A stretch of DNA of 64,000 nt from Eledone cirrhosa. Taxonomy: Eukaryota. The notes beneath the pieces were generated by a model, which was not told where the DNA came from, did not search any database, and worked only from the letters and a program-made list of their open reading frames with translations. The position numbers and the translations under genes were made by a program. The stretch covers positions 406,720,001 through 406,784,000 of the forward strand of contig OZ024741.1 in NCBI GenBank assembly GCA_964016885.1, given 5' to 3'. Positions 40,492-53,491 of this stretch are shown one piece after another; position 1 is the first letter of the stretch; the number at the start of each line of letters is the position of its first letter.

Positions 40492-43480
40492 CATTATCTT
40501 GGTGATAGCAGAGATATAAACAAGAACAGAACACCACCAAAAATACCATCATATATAACTAAAATAGAAAAAAAGATTGCTGACCTACGAAAAAACATAG
40601 GATATGTGACAATGCTCCTTACATGCAAACAAACACAAAAACTCACTCCTCACCAACAAAAAGTGAAAAATAAAATAGAGACGATGTTTGGTAACAGTAG
40701 AACCAGAACTCTCCAATATAAGCTGATCACCCTCAAACAAAAATTGAGAGCTGTTAGCGAAAAACGCCGATACCTGAAGAAGGTAGATGAGAGAAAAATG
40801 CTTAATAAAAGATTCAGACGAAACCAAACATCAGTCTATAGAGATATGAAGGGCAAAATAATAAGTGTCACTGAGGCCCCATCCCAGAAAGACATAGATT
40901 CCTTTTGGAGCAAAATATGGGGTGAAAAGAAGAATTCCAACCAAGATGCAGTGTGGCTAAGAGAAATCCGAAAGAACTATTGCTCCTACACTACAACAAA
41001 AACATACGAAATAAGTGAGGGTACCCCTGAGACTGTGATAGGAAAACTCCAAGATAAGAAAACACCAGGAAGAGACATGATTGTCGGCTACTGGTACAAA
41101 AAACTGATATTCTATCGGAGGTATCTTACTGACCTCTACCAACAAGTTCTTAAGGGAGATACACTTATACCAGAATGGTTGAAATTAGCACAAACATTAC
41201 TGGTCCCCAAGAACAAAGACACCCACTTGGCAAAAAACTACCGACCCATTGCATGCCAGAACCTGATGTATAAGATGTATACAGCCTGCCTGAAACTATT
41301 CCTCCAAGATCACTGTGAAAATAATAACATCATCACAGATGAACAAGCAGCTGGAAAGAAAGGGGTTTGGGGATGTTCTGAACAACTCCTAATCAACAAA
41401 ACTGCGATGTCGGAGGTGCGACAACTTAGGAGGAATATGGCTACAGTCTGGCTGGACTACAGGAAAGCTTTCGATTCTGTTCCCCACTCTTGGATGATAG
41501 AGGCCTTCCAACTTGCTAAAGTCCCAGATATTATTGTCAGAGCCATAGAGAGGTTGACTTCTTCTTGGGCTACTATCCTAAGGTTAAAAACAGAGAGGGA
41601 GGGCTCTATTTTCACTGATAAATAAAATATTGCAGGGGTATATTTCAGGAGGACAGTCTCTCTGTGATATTATTCATCTTGTCATTAAACCCCTTGTCCT
41701 TTCTGCTCAAGAAATGTGAGGGATACATCATTGGCTCACAGGAGGACAGAAATACGAACCTAACCCATAATTTCTTTGTGGACGATCTGAAACTCTTTGC
41801 CAAGAACATGGATGGGATGAAGGAAAATCTTGACCTGGTTACAACATTCTCAAAGGATATAGGAATGGGGTTTGGCCAAGATAAATGCTCATACATGACT
41901 GTAAAGCGGGGAAAAACAACAACCCAATCTAGCAACATTGTCATCAATGGCCTAACTGTTTCACCGATATCTGATGAGGACTGCTACAGATACCTGGGGA
42001 TAGATAATAACATATCCTATAATGGTATCTGTAATAAAGAACGCGCAACCAGGGAATACTACACCCGATTAAGAAAGATCTGGTCATCGGAACTCTCTGC
42101 ACAAAACAAAACAGTGGCTCACAATGTGTTTGCTGTGCCTGTCCTAACACCAACGTCTGGAATACTCAATTGGTCGATAGACGAAATCCGAGCAGTTGAT
42201 GGAACTCGAAAAATACTAAACAACACCGGAAACTTCCACACCAACAGTGACATAGACCGCCTTTACTTGAAACGTAAGCAGGGAGGCAGAGGCCTAACAT
42301 CAGTCCAGACAACATTTGAATGTTGCGTCATATCTCTCCGACATCTACGAACCTCGAAGTCTATCTGCATGAAACAGATAAGATCATGAGAGTTAGGAAG
42401 GAACTTCTCTAGAGATATTCCCTGTGTGATAATCAAAAACTCACACCCAGGGAAGTCACTCAGCAGTATCGCAGTGAATCCATGGATGAAAAACTGCATG
42501 CTTATCAGCAAAAGAAAAGTAGTCTATCTTGGACCAACAACTGCTATATTGGTTCCCACTTTGAAGGATACGCTTTTGCAATCCAGGAACAGGAGATTAA
42601 CACGAAATACCTGATTCACAAAAGAGGTAGGGATGCAGGCAAAACACCAAGATGTGATAACAAGTGCAAACTCTGCAGAACTAACATCGAGGATATCACC
42701 CATGTCATCAGCAGCTGTCCAGAGATGTAATCGCGGTACTGTCTACCTATGAGGCATGATGTAGTGGCCAAAACACTGTACAATGCAATCCGTAGAACAG
42801 ATAGCCCCGATAATAAACACATTAAAAGCTACAGCAATGTGGAAGACACCCATGTACATAATATGAAATTGTACTGGTGGAATGTTCCAGTAAAAACCCC
42901 AATAAAATGCAGGCATAACAGACCAGATATTATGATATGGGACAGGGAGAAGAAAGCATGCACAGTAGTGGAAATTAGCTGTCCAGCAGATGCCAATATA
43001 ATATCAAAGATTAGCGAAAAGGAGAATATTTATGCAGAACTGATGAGAAATCTGCAGATACTCCACCCTGATTATACCTTCAGATTTATGTCTGTGATTA
43101 TTGGGGCACTGGGGTATGTTAGTAACTGCCTCAATACAAATCTTGAGAAGCTAGGATTCACAGGAACAGAAAAAACACAACTAGTTAGGAAATTACAAGT
43201 ACAATCCATTAATGGAACAGTAAAAATATGTAAAACATTCCAAAAATGTTGCATCTAATAACTGCATATACACATTTACAGATACTAAGCATATACACAT
43301 GCACACATACAACTCAAAACATACACATCCACACATACAATAACATCCAAATCTACACATGCATACATAATCTACCTAGTTGATGTTGTGTAAATTCCAA
43401 TGAGAGAGTCTTGTGTATATGTGAGAAACCAACTCTCTCTCTATTGGTAAAACTTTGTGAAATTATAAAACCAGAAGAAC
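40492..43480 (+). mobile_element. 5'-truncated R4/Dong-clade non-LTR retrotransposon (RT, CCHC, restriction-like endonuclease), disrupted; ends in (CATA)n
   Basis: KTPGRD, NYRPIAC, WLDYRKAFDSVPH, GIFQEDSLS (broken), FVDDLKL, CKLC..EDITHVISSC, RHD, RPDI..VEISCP. Confidence 0.9.
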
Positions 43481-43541
43481 ATACATACATACATACATAC
43501 ATACATACATACATACATACATACATACATACATACATACA

Positions 43542-43573
<32 letters not shown>

Positions 43574-44209
43574 CATATACATATATATTATATACATCAC
43601 TTCACCTTCAATATTGGCTCTGTACCTCGTAGAGCAGAAAGCTTTTCAACCAAATCAGCAACGACTTGGAACAGAACGGATTATTTTGCTTTTTATTTTA
43701 ACTACAATATAACGATTGCTACTATTAATGATATCTCTGACCAGGAACAACGGCGAGGCATAAATGGAGCTTACCGTAGCAATGCCAAAGTAGAAAGGAT
43801 TTTAGGAAATTACCTTCGAATTTTTGTCGAATTTTGTCCAAATGTCATATATCTTTGTAATTAATTATGTGGATGTTATCATAATCATCCGGCCTCAGCT
43901 GAAATCGACTCAACAATTGATCTCCACGTGGGTCATTCATTGCTGCTGCCAAATCCTGGATTTCAATACTAGAATCTCTGGAGATGACATCGGGATAGGA
44001 GAGCTTGCGCCCCCTGTTATTAGTGGCTGCTTGTGGTTTCCAAAGCACTAATGGGGACACAGCCTCGTAGGTGGCACGATGGCAGTGGCCAACAAATCTT
44101 ACTCTCCTTTTACGTACAACGATAGATATACGTGGGAGGCCGGCATATATCTATCTCAAAGTCAGATGTTCTGAATGCGTTGAAGCAGGCGCGTGTAGGT
44201 GCGATCAAG

Positions 44210-44284
<75 letters not shown>

Positions 44285-44469
44285 CCACTTAAAATAAAAT
44301 TTCTCTGGAAATAAATTAGTAAAATTTAATAAGCGGGGTGGTGTTGAATAAGAATGGTAAGGGGGGGGGGGGCATTATTCGAAACCCGAGAGTATACATG
44401 CCGTGCCTTCACCTTTTAAAATTCATAGATAAAGGCTTTCAAATGTTTATTTGTAAATATATCGTATAG

Positions 44470-44660
44470 AGGATTGGCAGTATCGGCAGAGGGTCGGACA
44501 CCATGCTTTGCAGCATAGAGTTACGGCCCTTGTCATTCTGAGTTCAAACCCCGCCGAGGTTAAATTTGCCTTTCACCCTTACGGGGTTGATGAAATAAAG
44601 TACCAGTAATGCACTGGGGTAAATGCTGGCCTTGTACCAAAAGTAGAAACAATTATTCTA
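44470..44660 (+). mobile_element. tRNA-derived SINE (family A)
   Basis: TGGCAGTATCGGCAGAGGGTCGGAC..TTCTGAGTTCAAACCCCGCCGAGG..AGTAGAAAC. Confidence 0.85.
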
Positions 44661-44837
44661 TATACAAAACTTACATCCTTATATGTATACAACTATGTTT
44701 GAGCGAACACAATAAATACTTTAATTTTGCTTTTAACCAAGACAGGTTTACATTTATTTAAGAAGGATATAAGATAAAATGAAAAAAGAAACCGTCGGTC
44801 ACATTCACTTTTATCATTCGCAATAACCTCCTAATGG

Positions 44838-45154
44838 GTTGATGGTGTTGAGGATGCTGTGACCGTCATTGGTCAGTCAAATCGTTGATAGTGTTGAGGA
44901 TGCTGTGACCGTCATTGGTCAGTCAAATCGTTGATAGTGTTGAGGATGCTGTGACCGCCATTGGTCAGTCAAATCGTTGATAGTGTTGAGGATGCTGTGA
45001 CCGCCATTGGTCAGTCAAATCGTTGATAGTGTTGAGGATGCTGTGACCGCCATTGGTCAGTCAAATCGTTGATAGTGTTGAGGATGCTGTGACCGCCATT
45101 GGTCAGTCAAATCGTTGATAGTGTTGAGGATGCTGTGACCGTCATTGGTCAGTC
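44838..45154 (+). repeat. 46-bp minisatellite, about 7 copies
   Basis: GTTGATAGTGTTGAGGATGCTGTGACCG(T/C)CATTGGTCAGTCAAATC arranged head to tail. Confidence 0.95.
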
Positions 45155-45309
45155 CTAATTTACTGTATAGTTATCTTCTTTCATTTCCCAGTAACAAAAT
45201 ATGTCGCTTTAACTGAAAGTTGCGTGGCGGATGAGAGATAAGTGTAGTGAAATTTAATTTAAGGACTGAATAACTCAATTCTTTGTGGGAATAAACAGAT
45301 TTCATTGCA

Positions 45310-45845
45310 ACGGTTGTGGCTCCATCTAGCGGTGGGGAGTTACGTCCATGTTTGTTCTGAGTTCATATCACGCTAGGTTCGACTTTGACTTTGACTTTCG
45401 TTCTTTCAGGATTAAATAAAACATGTAGCATTCATTTACGGGGGCCATTCAGCCAACTACACAACTACACATTTCCTCAGCACATTTGAGACCGTGTGTC
45501 AAATATGGATATCATTAGCCTTTCATCCTTACGTGGTTGATAAAATAAAGTACCAGTAATACACTGGGATAATTGCTGGCCTCGTACCAAAAGTAGAAAC
45601 AATTATTATTGTTATTGTTAAGGGCAGTGAATTGGCAGACTCGGTAGAGCGTCTGACAACCTGCTTTGCAGCATAGAGATACATCCCTTTACGTTCTGAG
45701 TTCAAATCTCACCGAGGTTAGCTTTGCCTTTCATCCTTACTGGGTCAATAAAATAAAGTACCAGTCACACACTGGGGTCGATTTAATCAACTTTCCCCTC
45801 CCCCACAAGTGTTGGCGTTGTGCCTAAACCAGAAACTATTGTTAT
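45310..45845 (+). mobile_element. Cluster of family A SINE copies (one decayed, one 3' half, one full copy at 45620-45845)
   Basis: Repeated TTCTGAGTTCA, GCCTTTCATCCTTAC and ATAAAATAAAGTACCAGT motifs. Confidence 0.8.
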
Positions 45846-46165
45846 TGTTTATTAATTTGTTTTTGTTATTGTTGTTGATTAGACCCAGGTCGCCCCTGGT
45901 TGATTCTGATCGAAAGCAATCCTGCTGTGACCATCCTGTTTTCTTTTGAGGGGGTATCTAGGGCTATATTTCTTTACAGACAGAGAGAGATTTCTGATTC
46001 ACTTATAGCTGGACATAGGAACTAGCTTGCTGGACCAAATCACCAAAGCATAGAACAGTACTTTGGACAGTGTGACCTTTATCATCTCATTATATTCTAC
46101 CTCGGCGAATTGGCCATTCCTAGATACATATGTATTATATGTATATATCTGTATATGTATACATC

Positions 46166-46272
<107 letters not shown>

Positions 46273-46340
46273 CAATTCCCGTATCGGCAGTACGGGTATT
46301 GAATAATCAAGACCGTAGCGGTATGTCATATATCAAATCA

Positions 46341-46410
46341 TATATTTTGTCTGATGAGGAGGTACTGAAAAAACATTACAGTACCTTTGAAATATATATA
46401 ATAAAGTATA
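46341..46410 (+). ncRNA. Minimal type I hammerhead ribozyme in an island of about 190 bp between (TA)n tracts
   Basis: Stem I UAUAUUUUGU/AUAAAGUAUA; CUGAUGA; stem II GGAGGUACUG/CAGUACCUUU; GAAAU-AUAU-AUA. Confidence 0.85.
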
Positions 46411-46466
46411 TATTTTGATTGAGAATATTTTTCATTTGTTAACATTTTGAATAATATATATATATA

Positions 46467-46935
46467 CTAGCCGAATTACCCGCGCCTTGCTGAGTTTCAC
46501 ACATTTGTTTTTGTAAGAAAAATGAATGATTTTAAATCAGTGATATAATTTATGGAGAAAAACTCTGCATTTCAATATTACTCAATGTAAAATGTAAGGC
46601 ATGAAAAATTGGAAAACATTTTTTGTAATATATCAAATCAAAATTACATTATTAAATCTTATTCTTATTTTGTTTCTTGTAAATAATTTTTTTCAAACTA
46701 TCAATTCAAAACTTTTGTGAATACGCATCATACCTTGTAATTTGCCTATAGTTTAAATTTCATATAAATCGAAGGGAAAAAAATTTCAGTTGGGGTTTGT
46801 GCCCCCGGGGAACCCTTTGATTAAAATGAAATATACTTATCCAAGTACCCTGGGCAATGTAGTTTCAGAATATATATGGTTAGGGGGTCTATCTCCAAAC
46901 CATGGGAGGAGTTTGTGAACAAACAAACAGACAGG

Positions 46936-46940
<5 letters not shown>
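46467..46940 (-). mobile_element. Probable non-autonomous Helitron
   Basis: Minus strand begins (TA)n..CTGTCTGTTTGTTTGTT and ends GCAAGGCGCGGGTAATTCGG-CTAG|T, resembling Lep1-type Helitron ends. Confidence 0.55.
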
Positions 46941-46988
<48 letters not shown>

Positions 46989-46998
46989 AACCAGTAAG

Positions 46999-47092
46999 AC
47001 CCCGACAGCTGAGCTCAAGCCGTTTCGACGGCTAATTCTGGACTAAATGAAAATTTATCCTGGTATTTAAATAGCCGATCTTCTCAAGGGGT
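46999..47092 (-). ncRNA. Hammerhead ribozyme, U3-A8 variant (mirror copy)
   Basis: Reverse complement of 51108-51201. Confidence 0.75.
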
Positions 47093-48785
47093 AATTCCAT
47101 ATATGGTCAAAGTGATTGTCAAAAATCAGTAGTAATTCTGTGGTTGCAAATTAGTAGGGGGGATGGTGGCTAAACCTGCCAGTAGGAGAAAACGGAGAGG
47201 GGTGGAGTAGACCCAATCAGGCGTTTGTAGTGCCAGCTACAGCTGGGTATGAGGTCAAAGAAGATACAGGGGAGGGGGAGGGGGAGGAAGTCGGAACGGT
47301 AGGTAGAACAATGGGGGGTAGAAATATATAGGAAAGAAAAAATACTGAGAGTGAAGAAAAGCAAATAAGTGTAGAGAAAAACAAATGAGTGTAAAGAAAA
47401 AAGTAAAGTAAATTAAATTCTACGACCTAGGTCTCTAGCTATTGTTAGGCTAGAATAAATAAATAAAGAAAGAAAGAAAGAAGTAAAGAAAGAAATAAAG
47501 AAATAACGAAATAAGTAAAAGAACTAGGTGGGACGGTATAGGCGAGGACCCTTTTAAGAGGTATAAGTACGTAAATGATACGGTGACGGGTCAACAAAAG
47601 GGGCCAAAATACTAAAGAGACTACCACGAAATAAACAATAAAGGTTTCCATCCCGGGCACAATTCCAGCAACCACCCAGTGCAGCAAAGTGAACTAATAC
47701 GAGATAATAATTCTGAGTCCCGAGAAAAATATATACTAATGCTAACTCTAAAAGATCTAAAACAAGCTACATGAAAGTTCGTACGAAGTAAAGGTAGAAT
47801 ACGGAAAAATAAATTCAGAATCCACCCCGCCCAAAAGAAAAGCGAAGAAAGAAATACTGAAACGAAAAAATAAGGCATAAGTGCCACTAAGAAATATAGA
47901 GGGCACAGAGAATAGTGGGAGCGGTCGGAAAAAGGGGACAAGTATCCGGGGTCTAAACCAACTGTTATAAAGGGCGGAGTCCGCCAAATCTATCCTAGAC
48001 TAGGGGAGGGGGTGGGGGTACTAAGGCTACAAGGGGCCAAAGGGCAGCCTCGGGTGGGCGAGAAAAGACGCCGACAAAGGAGAAGAGCTGGGGTAGAAAG
48101 ACTAAGGAGAGAGGGGGAAGGAAGGAAATAAAGGAAGCGATAAAAGAATACAAAGATCTTACGTCTCCCTTGGCAAGCAGGGGTTACCCATTGCAAAATC
48201 GGCAAGTGGGGTGTTATAGCGCTAGTCTACCCCCCCCCCCCCCCCCCCGGGGTCATTATGGGGTTTGAGGGCGAGGTAAGTCCTACGCAATCTATGTTTA
48301 CATGCAGTAACCAGTTCATCTTTCTTGTTTAGGAGTTGGTCCGTCGAAAACAGCATTTGTAAAGTTTCCTCCGAGCATAAATTGCACGGACGGCGTCCTC
48401 CCGTGTAAGAATTGGCTCTGGACAGTAATCTCCAAGTGAGATCATAGGTGATGTTGTTGTCCTTGAGGTCCCATATGTGGCCCGAAAGTGTAGTGGCGTG
48501 ACGCCGGGCCGGGTTTCGGAAGGTATGTCTATGTTGGTATAGCCGGGTCTTGAAGTCACATGCGGTAAGTCCTATATAGGCTTTGTTGGAGGTATCCGTC
48601 CTCACGTTGCACTGGTAGATCACATTACGGTCTCTGCATCTATTGTCGAGTGGGCAAATAGATCTATCCGGGCAGTTACACCTCCTGGTCGGTTCTCCAC
48701 TGCTATTTAGGTTATTTCTGCCATCGGGGTTGAGTTTTTTGTTGTTAGAGGAGACGATGTTTTGTGCGAAGTTTGGTGTAGTGCT

Positions 48786-49997
48786 GTAACAGATCTTATA
48801 GGATTATTCCTAATAGCCAAACTCACTGATATGTTTCCTGCATTCGGTGGTGGATTGTACCGTGATGATGGGCTCCTTACCCTTAAAGGGTACAACCCCA
48901 GTAGTACAGATCGGGTCCGGAAACAATTAATCAGATTCTTCCGCGACTGGGGATTTAAAATAACCCTACAAACGTCCCTGACCAGAGTAAACTTCCTGGA
49001 CGTGACCCTCGACCTCGAAAACGACCTGTACTACCCATACAGGAAACCTAATGACAATCTGCACTACATCCACCGCCGATCAAACCATCCTAGGAACATC
49101 ACAAACAACCTGGTCAAAAACATCTCCCTCCGCATATCCCGTTTGTCAGCTAATGAGCGGATATTCGATGAACATGCGCCTTATTACAACCAGGCCCTCA
49201 AGCGGAGTGGTTTCCGGGAGGAAATATCCTACTGTCCAGCTCCCATTAGCGGAACCAGCAGGAGACACCGCCGCTCACGCAATGTAACATGGTTCAATCC
49301 TCCCCACAACGCAGAGGTGACAACTCCCATCGGGAAACTATTCTTTAGGCTCATTGAAAAACACTTCCCATTACAACACCGCTACCACAACATAATTAAC
49401 AAAAATACCATCAAACTCTCTTACAGCACTACACCAAACTTCGCACAAAACATCGTCTCCTCTAACAACAAAAAACTCAACCCCGATGGCAGAAATAACC
49501 TAAATAGCAGTGGAGAACCGACCAGGAGGTGTAACTGCCCGGATAGATCTATTTGCCCACTCGACAATAGATGCAGAGACCGTAATGTGATCTACCAGTG
49601 CAACGTGAGGACGGATACCTCCAACAAAGCCTATATAGGACTTACCGCATGTGACTTCAAGACCCGGCTATACCAACATAGACATACCTTCCGAAACCCG
49701 GCCCGGCGTCACGCCACTACACTTTCGGGCCACATATGGGACCTCAAGGACAACAACATCACCTATGATCTCACTTGGAGATTACTGTCCAGAGCCAATT
49801 CTTACACGGGAGGACGCCGTCCGTGCAATTTATGCTCGGAGGAAACTTTACAAATGCTGTTTTCGACGGACCAACTCCTAAACAAGAAAGATGAACTGGT
49901 TACTGCATGTAAACATAGATTGCGTAGGACTTACCTCGCCCTCAAACCCCATAATGACCCCGGGGGGGGGGGGGGGGGGGGTAGACTAGCGCTATAA
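48786..49997 (+). CDS. PLE RT C-terminal half plus GIY-YIG endonuclease (5'-truncated)
   Basis: VTDLIGLFL, GLYRDDGL, VNFLDVTL, CNC-X5-CPL, VIY..YIG..FKTRLYQH, CNLC; homologous to 35406-37616. Confidence 0.9.
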   Translation, partial: VTDLIGLFLIAKLTDMFPAFGGGLYRDDGLLTLKGYNPSSTDRVRKQLIRFFRDWGFKITLQTSLTRVNFLDVTLDLENDLYYPYRKPNDNLHYIHRRSNHPRNITNNLVKNISLRISRLSANERIFDEHAPYYNQALKRSGFREEISYCPAPISGTSRRHRRSRNVTWFNPPHNAEVTTPIGKLFFRLIEKHFPLQHRYHNIINKNTIKLSYSTTPNFAQNIVSSNNKKLNPDGRNNLNSSGEPTRRCNCPDRSICPLDNRCRDRNVIYQCNVRTDTSNKAYIGLTACDFKTRLYQHRHTFRNPARRHATTLSGHIWDLKDNNITYDLTWRLLSRANSYTGGRRPCNLCSEETLQMLFSTDQLLNKKDELVTACKHRLRRTYLALKPHNDPGGGGGGGRLAL

Positions 49998-51107
49998 CAC
50001 CCCACTTGCCGATTTTGCAATGGGTAACCCCTGCTTGCCAAGGGAGACGTAAGATCTTTGTATTCTTTTATCGCTTCCTTTATTTCCTTCCTTCCCCCTC
50101 TCTCCTTAGTCTTTCTACCCCAGCTCTTCTCCTTTGTCGGCGTCTTTTCTCGCCCACCCGAGGCTGCCCTTTGGCCCCTTGTAGCCTTAGTACCCCCACC
50201 CCCTCCCCTAGTCTAGGATAGATTTGGCGGACTCCGCCCTTTATAACAGTTGGTTTAGACCCCGGATACTTGTCCCCTTTTTCCGACCGCTCCCACTATT
50301 CTCTGTGCCCTCTATATTTCTTAGTGGCACTTATGCCTTATTTTTTCGTTTCAGTATTTCTTTCTTCGCTTTTCTTTTGGGCGGGGTGGATTCTGAATTT
50401 ATTTTTCCGTATTCTACCTTTACTTCGTACGAACTTTCATGTAGCTTGTTTTAGATCTTTTAGAGTTAGCATTAGTATATATTTTTCTCGGGACTCAGAA
50501 TTATTATCTCGTATTAGTTCACTTTGCTGCACTGGGTGGTTGCTGGAATTGTGCCCGGGATGGAAACCTTTATTGTTTATCTCGTGGTAGTCTCTTTAGT
50601 ATTTTGGCCCCTTTTGTTGACCCGTCACCGTATCATTTACGTACTTATACCTCTTAAAAGGGTCCTCGCCTATACCGTCCCACCTAGTTCTTTTACTTAT
50701 TTCGTTATTTCTTTATTTCTTTCTTTCTTTATTTATTTATTTATTCTAGCCTTACAATAGCTAGAGACCTAGGTCGTAGAATTTAATTTACTTTACTTTT
50801 TTCTTTACACTCATTTGTTTTTCTCTACACTTATTTGCTTTTCTTCACTCTCAGTATTTTTTCTTTCCTATATATTTCTACCCCCCATTGTTCTACCTAC
50901 CGTTCCGACTTCCTCCCCCTCCCCCTCCCCTGTATCTTCTTTGACCTCATGCCCAGCTGTAGCTGGCACTACAAACGCCTGATTGGGTCTACTCCACCCC
51001 CTCTCCGTTTTCTCCTACTGGCAGGTTTAGCCACCATCTCCCCTACTAATTTGCAACCACAGAATTACTACTGATTTTTGACAATCACTTTGACCATATA
51101 TGGAATT

Positions 51108-51201
51108 ACCCCTTGAGAAGATCGGCTATTTAAATACCAGGATAAATTTTCATTTAGTCCAGAATTAGCCGTCGAAACGGCTTGAGCTCAGCTGTCGGGG
51201 T
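51108..51201 (+). ncRNA. Type I hammerhead ribozyme with variant core UUGAGAA
   Basis: Stem I ACCCC/GGGGU; core UUGAGAA; stem II GA(U)CGGCUA/UAGCCGUC; GAAA; stem III CGGCU/AGCUG; GUC cleavage triplet at 51194-51196. Confidence 0.8.
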
Positions 51202-51292
51202 CTTACTGGTTCCTATTACCCACTCTACTACCTCAAGTATTGAGTACTTTGGTGCGTTATGGTCCACCTGGTTCCTTACCACATTTCCTTCG

Positions 51293-51542
<250 letters not shown>

Positions 51543-51577
51543 GATATTAAACAAATGGAAACTATATTTATAAAACC

Positions 51578-51654
51578 ATATTTATTTCATTATATATATT
51601 TCTGGGATATCATATTAAAAATATGGTATGCCTTCCTCAGACAAAATACAATAT
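51578..51654 (-). ncRNA. Minimal hammerhead motif (mirror copy)
   Basis: Reverse complement of 53040-53116. Confidence 0.6.
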
Positions 51655-53039
51655 ATAAGCCGTTTTATAAATAAATTTGACATACCTTAAAATAATGCAA
51701 CTTCCATTTTAAAAGTTGATTTGGTAGTGAAACTGTTAAGGACAGTTATAGAGAAAGACGATGTTCCCAATCTATTGAATAAATTTTAAAATGGCGATGT
51801 TCCCAATCTATTTTAAAATTTTAAAATGGCGATGTTCCCAATCTATTGAATAAATTTTTAAGCTAGATAAACTTCTATAATAAATATAAGAGCATTTGTA
51901 GAATAAGTTTTTGAATGATTTCTGCTAAATAGGTTTTGTTGAACAATTTTGGTTTTTGTTTGCTTTTGATTCTGATTGCTTCTAATGAACTTGACAATAT
52001 ATTGTCAAATAAATTGGAAGGGTGGTTTTATGTGATTGATATGCGTGGCATACTATGTTCTCTTACGTCCCTAGATACTCTGGGGAGTGACGAAAATATT
52101 CTTGGCGTTTTTAATTTTTAATATATTGATATCTGTTGTCTATTCTATGCTTGAACGATAATCATGTAAGTGAGGGCAGGAATATTACTATTAATATTAA
52201 TGTATATTTTATGTCTATATATATATGTATGTACATATATATATGGTGGAATCTTTTGTAACGCAATGAAGATTTTCATGAAAAATAAGAATTTGCGGAG
52301 CATATCACGTAAGTTCACATGTGTGTCTATAATTGTCAACTTGAATTTGAGATAACCTTCTCTTTTCTCTTTTTCCGTTTTTCATGAAAATGCATATATA
52401 CTTATGTATTTTTGAAGTTTTATCTCAGATTTTGCTTATAAACCTAAGAATTTTTAAACTAAACATGGGGTCATTATTTTTTCATTTTTTCACACATTAT
52501 GGATATGTGTCTCATTCATGAATATTGATATTTACATTATAATACCTAATTCATAAAAATTGATAATTCAAATGGATGAGACATAATATTTTAAATATAT
52601 CATTTTTCTTTCTTTTTCTCCTCTACACTTGACGGGATTTATGTGTCGGCTGTTTTAACTGTATCCCTTCCCTCCTTAACCTCTCACTTGTACGCTGATC
52701 ATCTGTCCCCAAGCTGCCTACCATTTTTCACTTTTTTCACTTCCTCAATATATTTCTCTCTCCCATATCTCCTTCTCTCTCTATCTCGCTCTGTTGTTTT
52801 TCTTTACATACATCTCTTCATCCTCTTCTCTAACTGTCCTTAGCACTATACACTCTCTTTCTTCTTCTCTTCGTCCTTAACACTATACACTTTCCTTCTT
52901 TTTTCTCTTCGTTTTTTTCTCTTCGTTTTTCTTCGTCTTTCTCTATAACTGTCCTTAACAGTTTCACTACCAAATCAACTTTTTAAATGGAAGTTGCATT
53001 ATTTTAAGGTATGTTAAATTTATTTATAAAACAGCTTAT

Positions 53040-53116
53040 ATATTGTATTTTGTCTGAGGAAGGCATACCATATTTTTAATATGATATCCCAGAAATATAT
53101 ATAATGAAATAAATAT
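53040..53116 (+). ncRNA. Minimal type I hammerhead motif with an imperfect stem II
   Basis: Stem I UAUUUUGU/AUGAAAUA, extendable past a bulge; CUGAGGA; stem II with CAUAUU/AAUAUG; GAAAU-AUAU-AUA. Confidence 0.65.
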
Positions 53117-53239
53117 GGTTTTATAAATATAGTTTCCATTTGTTTAATATCGTAAACCTACTCCAAAATCTGTTGAGTGCTTTTATATCAGTTATAAAAT
53201 ATTTACTCGTTGTAACCCAACAATTTTAAATAAAACTTT

Positions 53240-53300
<61 letters not shown>

Positions 53301-53302
<2 letters not shown>

Positions 53303-53491
53303 CAAAGGAATTGTGGTAAGGAACCAGATGGACCATAACGCACCAGTGTACTTCTAGAGTGGGAAATAGGAAAAAGTATGACCCCGACGGCAGAGCTCAA
53401 GCCGTTTCAACGGCTATTTCTGGACTAAAACTTTTAGTCCAGAAATAGCCGTTGAAACGGCTTGAGCTCTGCCGTCGGGGTCATACTTTTT

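Noticed and set aside
44838-45154. CRISPR-like palindromic repeat
   Set aside because: Units are head to tail with no spacers.
47170-51074. Paired hydrophobic ORFs on both strands (47170-48205 and 50006-51074)
   Set aside because: Chance ORFs in the pyrimidine-rich PLE 3' UTR, duplicated by the inverted repeat.
51860-52350. Possible PLE coding remnant on the minus strand of the spacer (MPRISIT..IKSKQKPKL)
   Set aside because: Too degenerate to call without a profile search, and its orientation conflicts with the tailed arm.
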